Source: a virus | IMG/VR virus record: IMGVR_UViG_3300029619_000017 | Direction: 5' to 3' (one strand) | DNA: 41,155 bases | Part shown: positions 16,134 to 22,725 of the stretch, in pieces | Position numbering within the stretch: position 1 is the stretch's first letter | Layout: each line of letters begins with the position of its first letter | The notes under the pieces: model-generated | The model's database searches: none | What the model saw: only the letters and a program-made list of their open reading frames with translations | What the model was told of the DNA's origin: nothing | Program-made: the position numbers and the translations under genes

Positions 16134-16964
16134 ATGGCAGAGGTCAAATGGATAAAGGTGTGCACCGATATTTTCGATGACGATAAGATACTACTCATCG
16201 AAAGCATGCCGAAAGCCGATTCACTGCTTGTAATTTGGTTCAAGCTCCTTTGCATGGCGGGCAAACAAAACAATGACGGTGTGTTCATGCTTAACGAAAA
16301 AACGCCGTACACGGACAAAATGCTTGCCACAATCTTTCACAGACCCGTCAACAATGTGAAAAGCGCTCTTGAGGTCTTTGAACAGTTCGGAATGATTGAG
16401 GTTGTAAACGGAACATACACAATTCCAAATTGGGAAAAGCATCAGAACCTTGACCGATTGGAACAAGCAAGAGCAAAAACAAAACAGCGGGTTCAAAAGC
16501 ATAGAGAAAAGCAAAAATCAATATCGGATTTTAACGCTGATGTAACGCAATGTAACGCCGACTGTAACGTTACTTGTAACGCTGATGTAACGCAATGTAA
16601 CGCCGACAGAATAGAAAGAGAAGAAGAAGGAGAAATATTAACATATCAACTTATCGTTGATATGTTTAACGAAATTTGCGTTTCGTTCCCACATGTAACG
16701 GCCATATCGGAAAGGAGAAAGGCGGCAATAAAAGCCCGAATGAAGCAGTACAACGGGGAGCAGTTCAAAAGGCTGTTTGAGATTGCCGAATCATCAGACT
16801 TTCTAAAAGGCAAAAACAACAGGGATTGGGTGGCTAATTTCGATTGGCTCATGAAGGACAGTAACTTTGCAAAAGTTCTTGACGGTAACTACGGCGAGTA
16901 TTCGCAAAAGAACGAACCGAATAAATCCTACGACCTTAACAAGGTTAAGGAGATGCTGACATGA
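16134..16964 (+). CDS. Phage replisome organiser (N-terminal domain family)
   Basis: MAEVKWIKVCTDIFDDDKILLIESMPKADSLLVIWFKLLCMAGKQNNDGVF matches the replisome-organiser N-domain pattern. Contains internal DNA iterons. Confidence 0.8.
   Translation: MAEVKWIKVCTDIFDDDKILLIESMPKADSLLVIWFKLLCMAGKQNNDGVFMLNEKTPYTDKMLATIFHRPVNNVKSALEVFEQFGMIEVVNGTYTIPNWEKHQNLDRLEQARAKTKQRVQKHREKQKSISDFNADVTQCNADCNVTCNADVTQCNADRIEREEEGEILTYQLIVDMFNEICVSFPHVTAISERRKAAIKARMKQYNGEQFKRLFEIAESSDFLKGKNNRDWVANFDWLMKDSNFAKVLDGNYGEYSQKNEPNKSYDLNKVKEMLT
16533..16607. repeat. Iteron cluster: 30-bp unit x2 and six TGTAACG words at 10-12 bp spacing; putative origin of replication
   Basis: aacgctgatgtaacgcaatgtaacgccgac occurs at 16533-16562 and 16578-16607. 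TGTAACG starts at 16541, 16551, 16563, 16575, 16586 and 16596, with a seventh at 16694. Confidence 0.6.
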
Positions 16965-17191
16965 GCAGCGAAGAAATAATCCGCGCCATTCGGTTGAGAC
17001 TTCCCATAACGGCGGAGGTCACATCCGGCGGACAGGTGTCAACGGTCAAATGTGACCGCATAACAGCTTATGTGCTGTGGATCGACCGCTATAACGAGCT
17101 GAGAAAATCGGTCGATGTTATCGAGAGCAAAACAAAGACCCTTATTCGGACCAATGCGGATAAGGTTGAACTTACAGGAGGATTTATATGA
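16961..17191 (+). CDS. Hypothetical protein
   Basis: 76-aa ORF with ATGA overlap to the upstream gene. Confidence 0.45.
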   Translation: MSSEEIIRAIRLRLPITAEVTSGGQVSTVKCDRITAYVLWIDRYNELRKSVDVIESKTKTLIRTNADKVELTGGFI

Positions 17192-17487
17192 CAGAACAGG
17201 ACAGAGGAAACTTTGAAACAATAATCGAGGCTTTCGGAAAAGAGGCACAGATGATTGTTGCCATGGAGGAACTTGCCGAGCTTCAAAAGGAGATTACCAA
17301 AAAGCTGCGGCAGAAAAAAGGAAACATATTCGGCCTTGTGGAAGAAATGGCCGATGCCGAAATAATGATTGACCAGCTGAAGGTTATGTTTAATATCGGC
17401 GACAAGGAACTTGCCACCGAGCGGAACTACAAGATAAACCGCACACTTGAAAAAATCAAAAAAGCAAAGGAGAAAAAGAACAAATGA
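17188..17487 (+). CDS. MazG-like all-alpha NTP pyrophosphohydrolase
   Basis: ...AMEELAELQKEITK...LVEEMADAEIMIDQL carries the paired EExxE/D helices of the MazG fold. Confidence 0.6.
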   Translation: MTEQDRGNFETIIEAFGKEAQMIVAMEELAELQKEITKKLRQKKGNIFGLVEEMADAEIMIDQLKVMFNIGDKELATERNYKINRTLEKIKKAKEKKNK

Positions 17488-17912
17488 ACAGTGTAAATTT
17501 AATCGGCAGACTTACCGAAAATCCCGAAATGAGACAAACACAAGGCGGCACGGCGGTCGTAAACTTCTCTATTGCCGTTCCCCGTGATTACAAGGACCAA
17601 AACGGCGAATATCCCACCGACTTTATTCAGATACAGGCATGGAGACACACAGCCGAGTTTGTGTGCAAATACTTTGTGAAGGGCGCCAGGGTTGGCATTA
17701 CCGGGCAGATACAGACCTCCAAATTCAAAGACCGAGACGGCAACAATCGCACATCGGTTTATGTCATCGCAAGCGGGGTGGATTTTGCCGACGCCAAAAA
17801 GGACAGCTACGGCGGAGCACCTTCGGCGCCGCAGTACGAAGCACCGCAGGCGGCCGATGCGAGCTATTCGAATTTCAACGAGCCCGCAGACGATGACGAT
17901 CTGCCGTTTTAA
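17484..17912 (+). CDS. ssb: Single-stranded DNA-binding protein
   Basis: MNSVNLIGRLTENPEMRQTQGGTAVVNFSIAV... OB fold and an acidic tail ending DDDLPF. Confidence 0.95.
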   Translation: MNSVNLIGRLTENPEMRQTQGGTAVVNFSIAVPRDYKDQNGEYPTDFIQIQAWRHTAEFVCKYFVKGARVGITGQIQTSKFKDRDGNNRTSVYVIASGVDFADAKKDSYGGAPSAPQYEAPQAADASYSNFNEPADDDDLPF

Positions 17913-17921
17913 GGAGGCAAT

Positions 17922-18284
17922 ATGAGCATACAGCACGAAGCACGGGAGCAGGAAGCACTTTTCCGGTGGGCGAACTTTGCGGCCGGAACAATGCCCGAGC
18001 TTAATCTCCTATACCACATTCCGAACGGCGGCAGCAGGAACAAGGCGGAGGCAGCGAACCTTAAACGGCAGGGAGTTAAAGCGGGTGTGCCCGACCTTTT
18101 TCTGCCCGTAGCACGGGGCGGATACCACGGACTTTACATAGAGCTTAAATTCGGAAAAAACAAAACATCGAAAAATCAGGATAAATGGCTGTCGGCAGTG
18201 TCAAAGCAGGGGTACTGCGCTATGGTATGCTATGGCTGGGTTGAGGCAAAGAAAGCGATTTGCGAATATTTGAAAGGAGAATGA
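17922..18284 (+). CDS. VRR-NUC domain nuclease (PD-(D/E)xK)
   Basis: ...GVKAGVPDLFLPVARGGYHGLYIELKFGKNKTSKNQDKWL... is the VRR-NUC core. Confidence 0.85.
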   Translation: MSIQHEAREQEALFRWANFAAGTMPELNLLYHIPNGGSRNKAEAANLKRQGVKAGVPDLFLPVARGGYHGLYIELKFGKNKTSKNQDKWLSAVSKQGYCAMVCYGWVEAKKAICEYLKGE

Positions 18285-18285
18285 A

Positions 18286-18552
18286 ATGAGTAAATACATA
18301 AACGCAGAAACGCTGATAGAAATGCTCAACGCAAAAGCGGATATGGCGTTGGGAACGCCGAAAGCGGTGTTTGGTAATGTCATAAAAATGATTGACCTTT
18401 TACCTCCTGCCGATGTGGTGACTGTTGTCCGTTGTAAAGATTGCAAGCACCTTATGTTTTCGGATATGTATGGTGAATGTTCACAAGCACATATGGGAAT
18501 TGTCAGACCTGACGATTTTTGCAGTTACGGAGAAAGGAAAGACGAGGAATGA
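18286..18552 (+). CDS. Cysteine-containing hypothetical protein
   Basis: 88 aa. VRCKDCKH...C...FCSYGER pattern. Confidence 0.5.
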   Translation: MSKYINAETLIEMLNAKADMALGTPKAVFGNVIKMIDLLPPADVVTVVRCKDCKHLMFSDMYGECSQAHMGIVRPDDFCSYGERKDEE

Positions 18553-18968
18553 CCGATAAGAAATTTACTGATGAGGAAATTATACAGGCATTAGAGTGCC
18601 ACATAAACGCAGAGGATTGTGTGAGTTGTGAAATGTTCGGTTGGTGTGATGAAATTATTCTTACCAAATTGGTTCTTGACCTTATCAACCGTCAAAAGGC
18701 TGAGATTGAGAAACTGAAAAAGGAAAACGAGATACTTTCCCGTAATGCTGACAATGCATTTCAAGAGGGGTTAAATGAGTGTCGGGAGCTTTTTGAACCC
18801 GAAATCAAATCCGAAGCACTCAAAGAGTTTGCGGAGAGAATAAAAATGTCTATTAAGGCAAATGTTGTTGAAACTCTGTGTAACGATGTAAAAGGTGTTT
18901 ATAACGCCGAGTACGTTATTGATGATATTGACAATCTCTTAAAAGAAATGGTAGGTGAGGAAAAATAA
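18549..18968 (+). CDS. Hypothetical protein (Cys cluster + coiled coil)
   Basis: ATGA-coupled start at 18549. CHINAEDCVSCEMFGWC, then heptad-like sequence. Confidence 0.5.
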   Translation: MTDKKFTDEEIIQALECHINAEDCVSCEMFGWCDEIILTKLVLDLINRQKAEIEKLKKENEILSRNADNAFQEGLNECRELFEPEIKSEALKEFAERIKMSIKANVVETLCNDVKGVYNAEYVIDDIDNLLKEMVGEEK

Positions 18969-19051
18969 AATATTTAAAATATTGGCAAAGAAACGGAACA
19001 AGGCGACCGTTTCCGTCTTTAGGAGAAGCAAGCGAAAAATGGGGCCAAAGG

Positions 19052-19426
19052 GTGTTTTATCCTCAACCAAACTATGTCAAGAAAAAACATTGTAGGTGGT
19101 GTGGTAAAGAATTAAGTGGTAGAAGAACTTCTTTTTGCTCGGACGAGTGCAGTAGATTATTCAATAATATGACTGTATGGAACAGAGGGCGTGACAGTTA
19201 TTCTTTGCGAATACTTTACCGTGATAACTTTACTTGTCAAGACTGCGGAGAGTTTAACGCCTTTAAAAATGAACACGGCATTTACATACCTATAGACAAC
19301 GGAAACCTTAATGTTCATCATATTCAATTTGTATGTAACGGCGGCGGAGACGAACCTGAAAACCTTGTTACATTGTGCAAAAATTGTCATAGAAAAAGAC
19401 ACAAAATAAAGGAAGCTGATAAATAA
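19052..19426 (+). CDS. HNH endonuclease
   Basis: CxxC pairs and ...NVHHIQFVCNGGGDEPENLVTLCKNCHRKRH. Confidence 0.9.
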   Translation: MFYPQPNYVKKKHCRWCGKELSGRRTSFCSDECSRLFNNMTVWNRGRDSYSLRILYRDNFTCQDCGEFNAFKNEHGIYIPIDNGNLNVHHIQFVCNGGGDEPENLVTLCKNCHRKRHKIKEADK

Positions 19427-19659
19427 TGAAATGCTATTCAACCAAAAAGGCACGGGAAAGAGCCATTGAGGATATGGCGCAGGTTATGTATGTGGCGGTT
19501 GCAAATGTGCTGACCGACAAGCTCCATTTCGGAAAGGTGAAAGTACAGCAGACCTTACGGCAGATTGAAAAGGTGTTTGATATGCTGGCCGAAGGGCGGA
19601 TGTCCCTTGACGACTGCAAAGAGGTACTTTGTCAGGAATACGGGGTGACGATCAGATGA
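19426..19659 (+). CDS. Hypothetical protein
   Basis: 77-aa ORF, translationally coupled. Confidence 0.45.
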   Translation: MKCYSTKKARERAIEDMAQVMYVAVANVLTDKLHFGKVKVQQTLRQIEKVFDMLAEGRMSLDDCKEVLCQEYGVTIR

Positions 19660-19811
19660 AACGGCGAAAGCACAAACACCCTTGCGAAAGGTGCTCGATG
19701 AGAGACAGGAGTTGTCAATACAACGCCTGCGGTCCGTGGAAAGAGTGGTTTTCTAAAGAGTGGAACGATATAAGAAAAATATACAGGAACATAAAGGAGA
19801 ACAAAAAATGA
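19656..19811 (+). CDS. Small basic Cys-rich hypothetical protein
   Basis: ATGA-coupled start at 19656. 51 aa. Confidence 0.4.
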   Translation: MKRRKHKHPCERCSMRDRSCQYNACGPWKEWFSKEWNDIRKIYRNIKENKK

Positions 19812-19978
19812 AAAAGAGTAAATTGATTCAGCTTATTTTCGGCTTTGTGGTTTGCGGAATGTCCGGCTTTGTCATTTCACAGGGGTTTATTTACATAAGC
19901 GCTTTTAAATTCATAATAGGAATGCTGCTTCTTGCCGCAGGGCTTTTCTTTGTGGTCAAGGGATCGTATGTTGAATAA
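19808..19978 (+). CDS. Small two-span membrane protein
   Basis: ATGA-coupled start at 19808. LIFGFVVCGMSGFVI and IIGMLLLAAGLFFVV spans. Confidence 0.45.
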   Translation: MKKSKLIQLIFGFVVCGMSGFVISQGFIYISAFKFIIGMLLLAAGLFFVVKGSYVE

Positions 19979-20008
19979 AAAACAGGAGGATAGTAAAGAG
20001 AAAAAGAT

Positions 20009-20653
20009 ATGAAGCACCTTGGAGATATAACGAAGATAAACGGAGCTGCCGTTCCCGCTGTCGATGTCATCATTGGCGGCAGTCCGTGCCAGGATCTCTC
20101 TGTTGCGGGTAAGCAGGCAGGGCTTGCCGGTGAACGGTCCGGGCTCTTTATGGAGCAATTACGGATAATAAAAGAAATGAGGAGGGCTGACCTTGAACGA
20201 GGCAGAACAAATGAGTCTGTTCGACCGAGATATATGGTGTGGGAAAATGTGCCCGGAGCTTTCAGCTCCAACAAAGGAGCCGATTTCAGCATCGTGCTCC
20301 AAGAAACCGCAAAAGTGGCCTGCGAACAAGCCCCCGCTGTTCCTATCCCTAAAAACGGATGGCCTCCAGCCGGATGCCTTACCGATGTGGGAGGACAATG
20401 GAGCATTGCGTGGCGAGTATTTGATGCACAGTTTTGGGGTGTGCCCCAAAGACGAAAACGCATCGCACTTGTCGCAGATTTTGGAGGCCTCACCGCACCC
20501 GAAATACTATTTGAGCGCAAGGGCGTGCCGGGGTATATTAAACCGAGCGGAAAAGAGGGGCAAGCAGCTCCCGGAAATATTGAAACTTGCTTTAATACAG
20601 CAGGTCTGGCAAGACGGAAAAGCACCGGCTTTGAGAGCGCAAAGCGGCGATAA
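20009..20653 (+). CDS. C5 cytosine DNA methyltransferase fragment: motifs IV (PCQ), VI (ENV) and VIII (QxRxR) only; lacks motif I; frame ends prematurely
   Basis: GGSPCQDLSVAG (PCQ at 20084-20092), VWENVPGAFSS (ENV at 20243-20251), DAQFWGVPQRRKRIALVADFGG. It starts at MKHLGDITK, the point where homologues continue after motif II. Confidence 0.8.
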   Translation: MKHLGDITKINGAAVPAVDVIIGGSPCQDLSVAGKQAGLAGERSGLFMEQLRIIKEMRRADLERGRTNESVRPRYMVWENVPGAFSSNKGADFSIVLQETAKVACEQAPAVPIPKNGWPPAGCLTDVGGQWSIAWRVFDAQFWGVPQRRKRIALVADFGGLTAPEILFERKGVPGYIKPSGKEGQAAPGNIETCFNTAGLARRKSTGFESAKRR

Positions 20654-20885
20654 CCAGCCCGCCATAGCACTTGAAAACCATCCGGCTGACGGCAGGGTTA
20701 AAATAGCAGAAGACAAAATAGTGCAAACACTCAGTGCCCGAATGGGCACCGGAGGTGGAAATGTACCTCTTGTTATGAGTCCTTATCAAAAGGTTATAGG
20801 GAGCCTTTGTGCGAGGGATAGCCATGGGGTCTGCAACCAATATGTGCAGGAGGATAAGCTAATCGTTGCGAGGGAACAAAAGTGA
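20193..20885 (+). CDS. Frame-0 ORF. The 3' part (from about 20620) is the methyltransferase target-recognition modules. The 5' part overlaps the catalytic fragment in the +1 frame.
   Basis: AGGAGG at 20180-20185, then TTG 20193 (ATG at 20211). ...AIALENHPADGRVKI...QTLSARMGTGGGNVPLVM...SLCARDSHGVCNQYVQEDKLIV. Ends in three consecutive stops, TGA TGA TAA. Confidence 0.55.
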   Translation: MNEAEQMSLFDRDIWCGKMCPELSAPTKEPISASCSKKPQKWPANKPPLFLSLKTDGLQPDALPMWEDNGALRGEYLMHSFGVCPKDENASHLSQILEASPHPKYYLSARACRGILNRAEKRGKQLPEILKLALIQQVWQDGKAPALRAQSGDNQPAIALENHPADGRVKIAEDKIVQTLSARMGTGGGNVPLVMSPYQKVIGSLCARDSHGVCNQYVQEDKLIVAREQK

Positions 20886-20890
20886 TGATA

Positions 20891-21560
20891 ATGTTTGAAA
20901 ACTACCAATTTGCAAATTACCGCCCCGGTTGCGGAACGCTTAAAGCCAGCGGCGGCGATTACGGGGGGCTCGGAAAATTTGATCGTATACCAATACTGGA
21001 ACGGCGAACAAGTAACCGACACCCTCACGGCAAGTAATGCAGGAGGAGAACAACGGATGCCAGACAAACAAAACTTTAATTGTGTAGTGGGCATAGACGG
21101 ATACAATGCTGCTTTTACCGGAGATAAATCCGCAACGCTTGGCGTAAATTGCGGGCAATCCACAGGGCGCAACGGTGTATGTGAGGAACAAAGCCAGGCA
21201 CAGTACATTGTGCGGAGGCTTACACCGCTTGAATGTGAACGCCTGCAAGGCTTTCCGGACGGTTGGACGGATATAGGCGAATGGACGGACAGCAAAGGCA
21301 AAGTACATAAAGAGAGCACCGACAGCGCACGCTACAAAGCCCTTGGAAACAGCATAGCCATACCGCCTTGGAAGTTTGTCCTGCAAAAGCTTTCGAGTTT
21401 TTGCGGCGAAAATCCCACAATGGCAAGTCTATTCGACGGTATCGGCGGTTTTCCACTGATATGGGAAAGCCTTAACGGCAAACGCTCTTGTATATGGGCA
21501 AGTGAAATTGAGGAATTTCCTATTGCCGTAACAAAATATCACTTTCCGGAGGAGGAATGA
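20891..21560 (+). CDS. C5 methyltransferase C-terminal part (TRD module, motifs IX-X) fused to an N-terminal-type segment (motifs I-II); needs a frame correction at G6 20963-20968
   Basis: ATG 20891 reads MFENYQFANYRPGCGTLKASGGDYGG, then goes out of frame. The track ORF 20895..21560 continues ...GSENLIVYQ...YIVRRLTPLECERLQGFPDGW...ALGNSIAIP...MASLFDGIGGFPLIWESL...WASEIEEFPIAVTKYHFPEEE. Confidence 0.6.
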
Positions 21561-22036
21561 AGATGAAGTTTAACAAAAAACAGAACTTGGGGCTGGGATG
21601 TCTGGGGGAACAAGATGTGACAATGACTCTTAAAGAACTATCCCAGCTATACCACCTAAAACGGGAAATCGGGCACGACAGGGAACGGCTCGCAAGGCTC
21701 AGAGCACGGAGAGGGGCGGTGTCGTCTCCAAAGCTTAACGGTCTTCCCTCCTCTGCCGTCGGAGGTCAAAGCACAGTTGAAAACCTCGCCCTTGAGATTG
21801 CAGACCTCGAGGCCATTGTCGACAGCAAAATCACGCAATGCGTTCATGAGCAGAGCCGCTTGGAACGGTACATAGCCTCCATTCCCGACAGTAGGACGCG
21901 GATGATTATGTCTTTTCGGTTCGTTGACGGGTTCTCATGGGGAAAGGTCGCGTATAAAGTCGGCGGCGGAAACACGGCCGATTCGGTTAAAAAAACTTGC
22001 TATCGTTATTTAAAAAAGGAAAAAGAGCTCTCTTAG
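21557..22036 (+). CDS. Late-gene transcriptional regulator, sigma-70 region-4-like (DUF1492/RinA/ArpU-type)
   Basis: ...LKELSQLYHLKREI...LEAIVDSKITQCVHEQSRLERYIASIPDSRTRMIMSFRFVDGFSWGKVAYKVG... pattern, and position immediately upstream of terS. The true start may be ATG 21623. Confidence 0.6.
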   Translation: MKMKFNKKQNLGLGCLGEQDVTMTLKELSQLYHLKREIGHDRERLARLRARRGAVSSPKLNGLPSSAVGGQSTVENLALEIADLEAIVDSKITQCVHEQSRLERYIASIPDSRTRMIMSFRFVDGFSWGKVAYKVGGGNTADSVKKTCYRYLKKEKELS

Positions 22037-22053
22037 GAGGGCTCTTTGTTTCT
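22023..22053 (+). terminator. Rho-independent terminator
   Basis: 10-bp stem 22023-22032/22037-22046 (one G-U pair), 4-nt loop containing the stop codon, then tgtttct. Confidence 0.7.
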
Positions 22054-22219
22054 CAGAAAAGTAAACTTGTCCCTTTTGTCCCTTTTTTTGATTTAATATG
22101 ATAGTGGCGACAAGAAAAGAACGGCGGAACATTTCACTCGCCGCCGTACCTGCTGCCTGTCCTCCTATTTTAAGCCCCGGCGGTGGCATTGTAACCGCCT
22201 ATTTCTTTAAGTAGGGACA

Positions 22220-22240
22220 GACGCCGTGGAAAGACACGAG
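22220..22240 (+). promoter_or_regulatory. 21-nt motif GACGCCGTGGAAAGACACGAG (copy 1 of 3) in the terS leader
   Basis: Identical to the core of the tandem repeat at 26426-26473. Contains the dyad CGTG-N6-CACG. Ends 23 nt before ATG 22264. Confidence 0.6.
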
Positions 22241-22263
22241 TCCGATTTTCGGAGTAATTAAAA

Positions 22264-22725
22264 ATGACAGATTGGAAGAAACTCAGAAATGAATATATTA
22301 ACGGTAATATAAGCTATCGGGAAATGGCCGAAAAGTATGATGTTTCGTATTCGGCCGTGAAATATCATGCCCACCAGGAGCACTGGGGAGAGAAAAAACG
22401 AAAACAGGCTCCAAAGCTTGAGAAAATGTTAGCAGAAAAGACCGCCGAAAAAATCACGGAGCAGACGGCAAACGACTATGTTAATCGTCAGAAACGAATA
22501 TTTAAGCTTTCGGATAAATTAACCGAGAAAATCGAGCTGGCAATAAGTCAGCTCGATGTTTTTTTAACCGAAGACGGCGAAATGCACCAGACAGGATATG
22601 TAGACACGCAGAAGCTCCGGCAGATCGTTTCTTCCCTTAAGGATATAAAGGAGCTGACCACAGAAGAAAACACGGCCACCGAAATAAAGGTCGACTTTGG
22701 CGGCGGAGAGAATTATGCAAAGTAA
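22264..22725 (+). CDS. terS: Terminase small subunit
   Basis: 153 aa. N-terminal HTH (...ISYREMAEKYDVSYSAVKYHA...). Overlaps the large subunit gene. Confidence 0.7.
   Translation: MTDWKKLRNEYINGNISYREMAEKYDVSYSAVKYHAHQEHWGEKKRKQAPKLEKMLAEKTAEKITEQTANDYVNRQKRIFKLSDKLTEKIELAISQLDVFLTEDGEMHQTGYVDTQKLRQIVSSLKDIKELTTEENTATEIKVDFGGGENYAK

Noticed and set aside
16533-16607. CRISPR array (here or at 26426-26473)
   Set aside because: The repeats are 7-30 bp with no unique spacers of CRISPR size, only two full units each, and no cas genes. One array is inside a coding region, the other in a gene leader.
19891-20670. Long antisense and off-frame ORFs (e.g. 19891..20670 -, 14238..14912 -, 14449..15111 -, 36291..36896 -, 23451..23885 +, 25496..25987 +, 38128..38571 +)
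   Set aside because: All lie inside well-supported genes, have R/S/P/C-rich junk-like translations and lack RBSs. This genome's codon usage leaves shadow frames open for 150-250 codons.
20883-20891. Stop-codon reassignment as an explanation for the interrupted methyltransferase
   Set aside because: The break is three consecutive stops (TGA TGA TAA). TGA, TAA and TAG all terminate well-formed genes elsewhere in the window, e.g. at 4998, 2830 and 7198.
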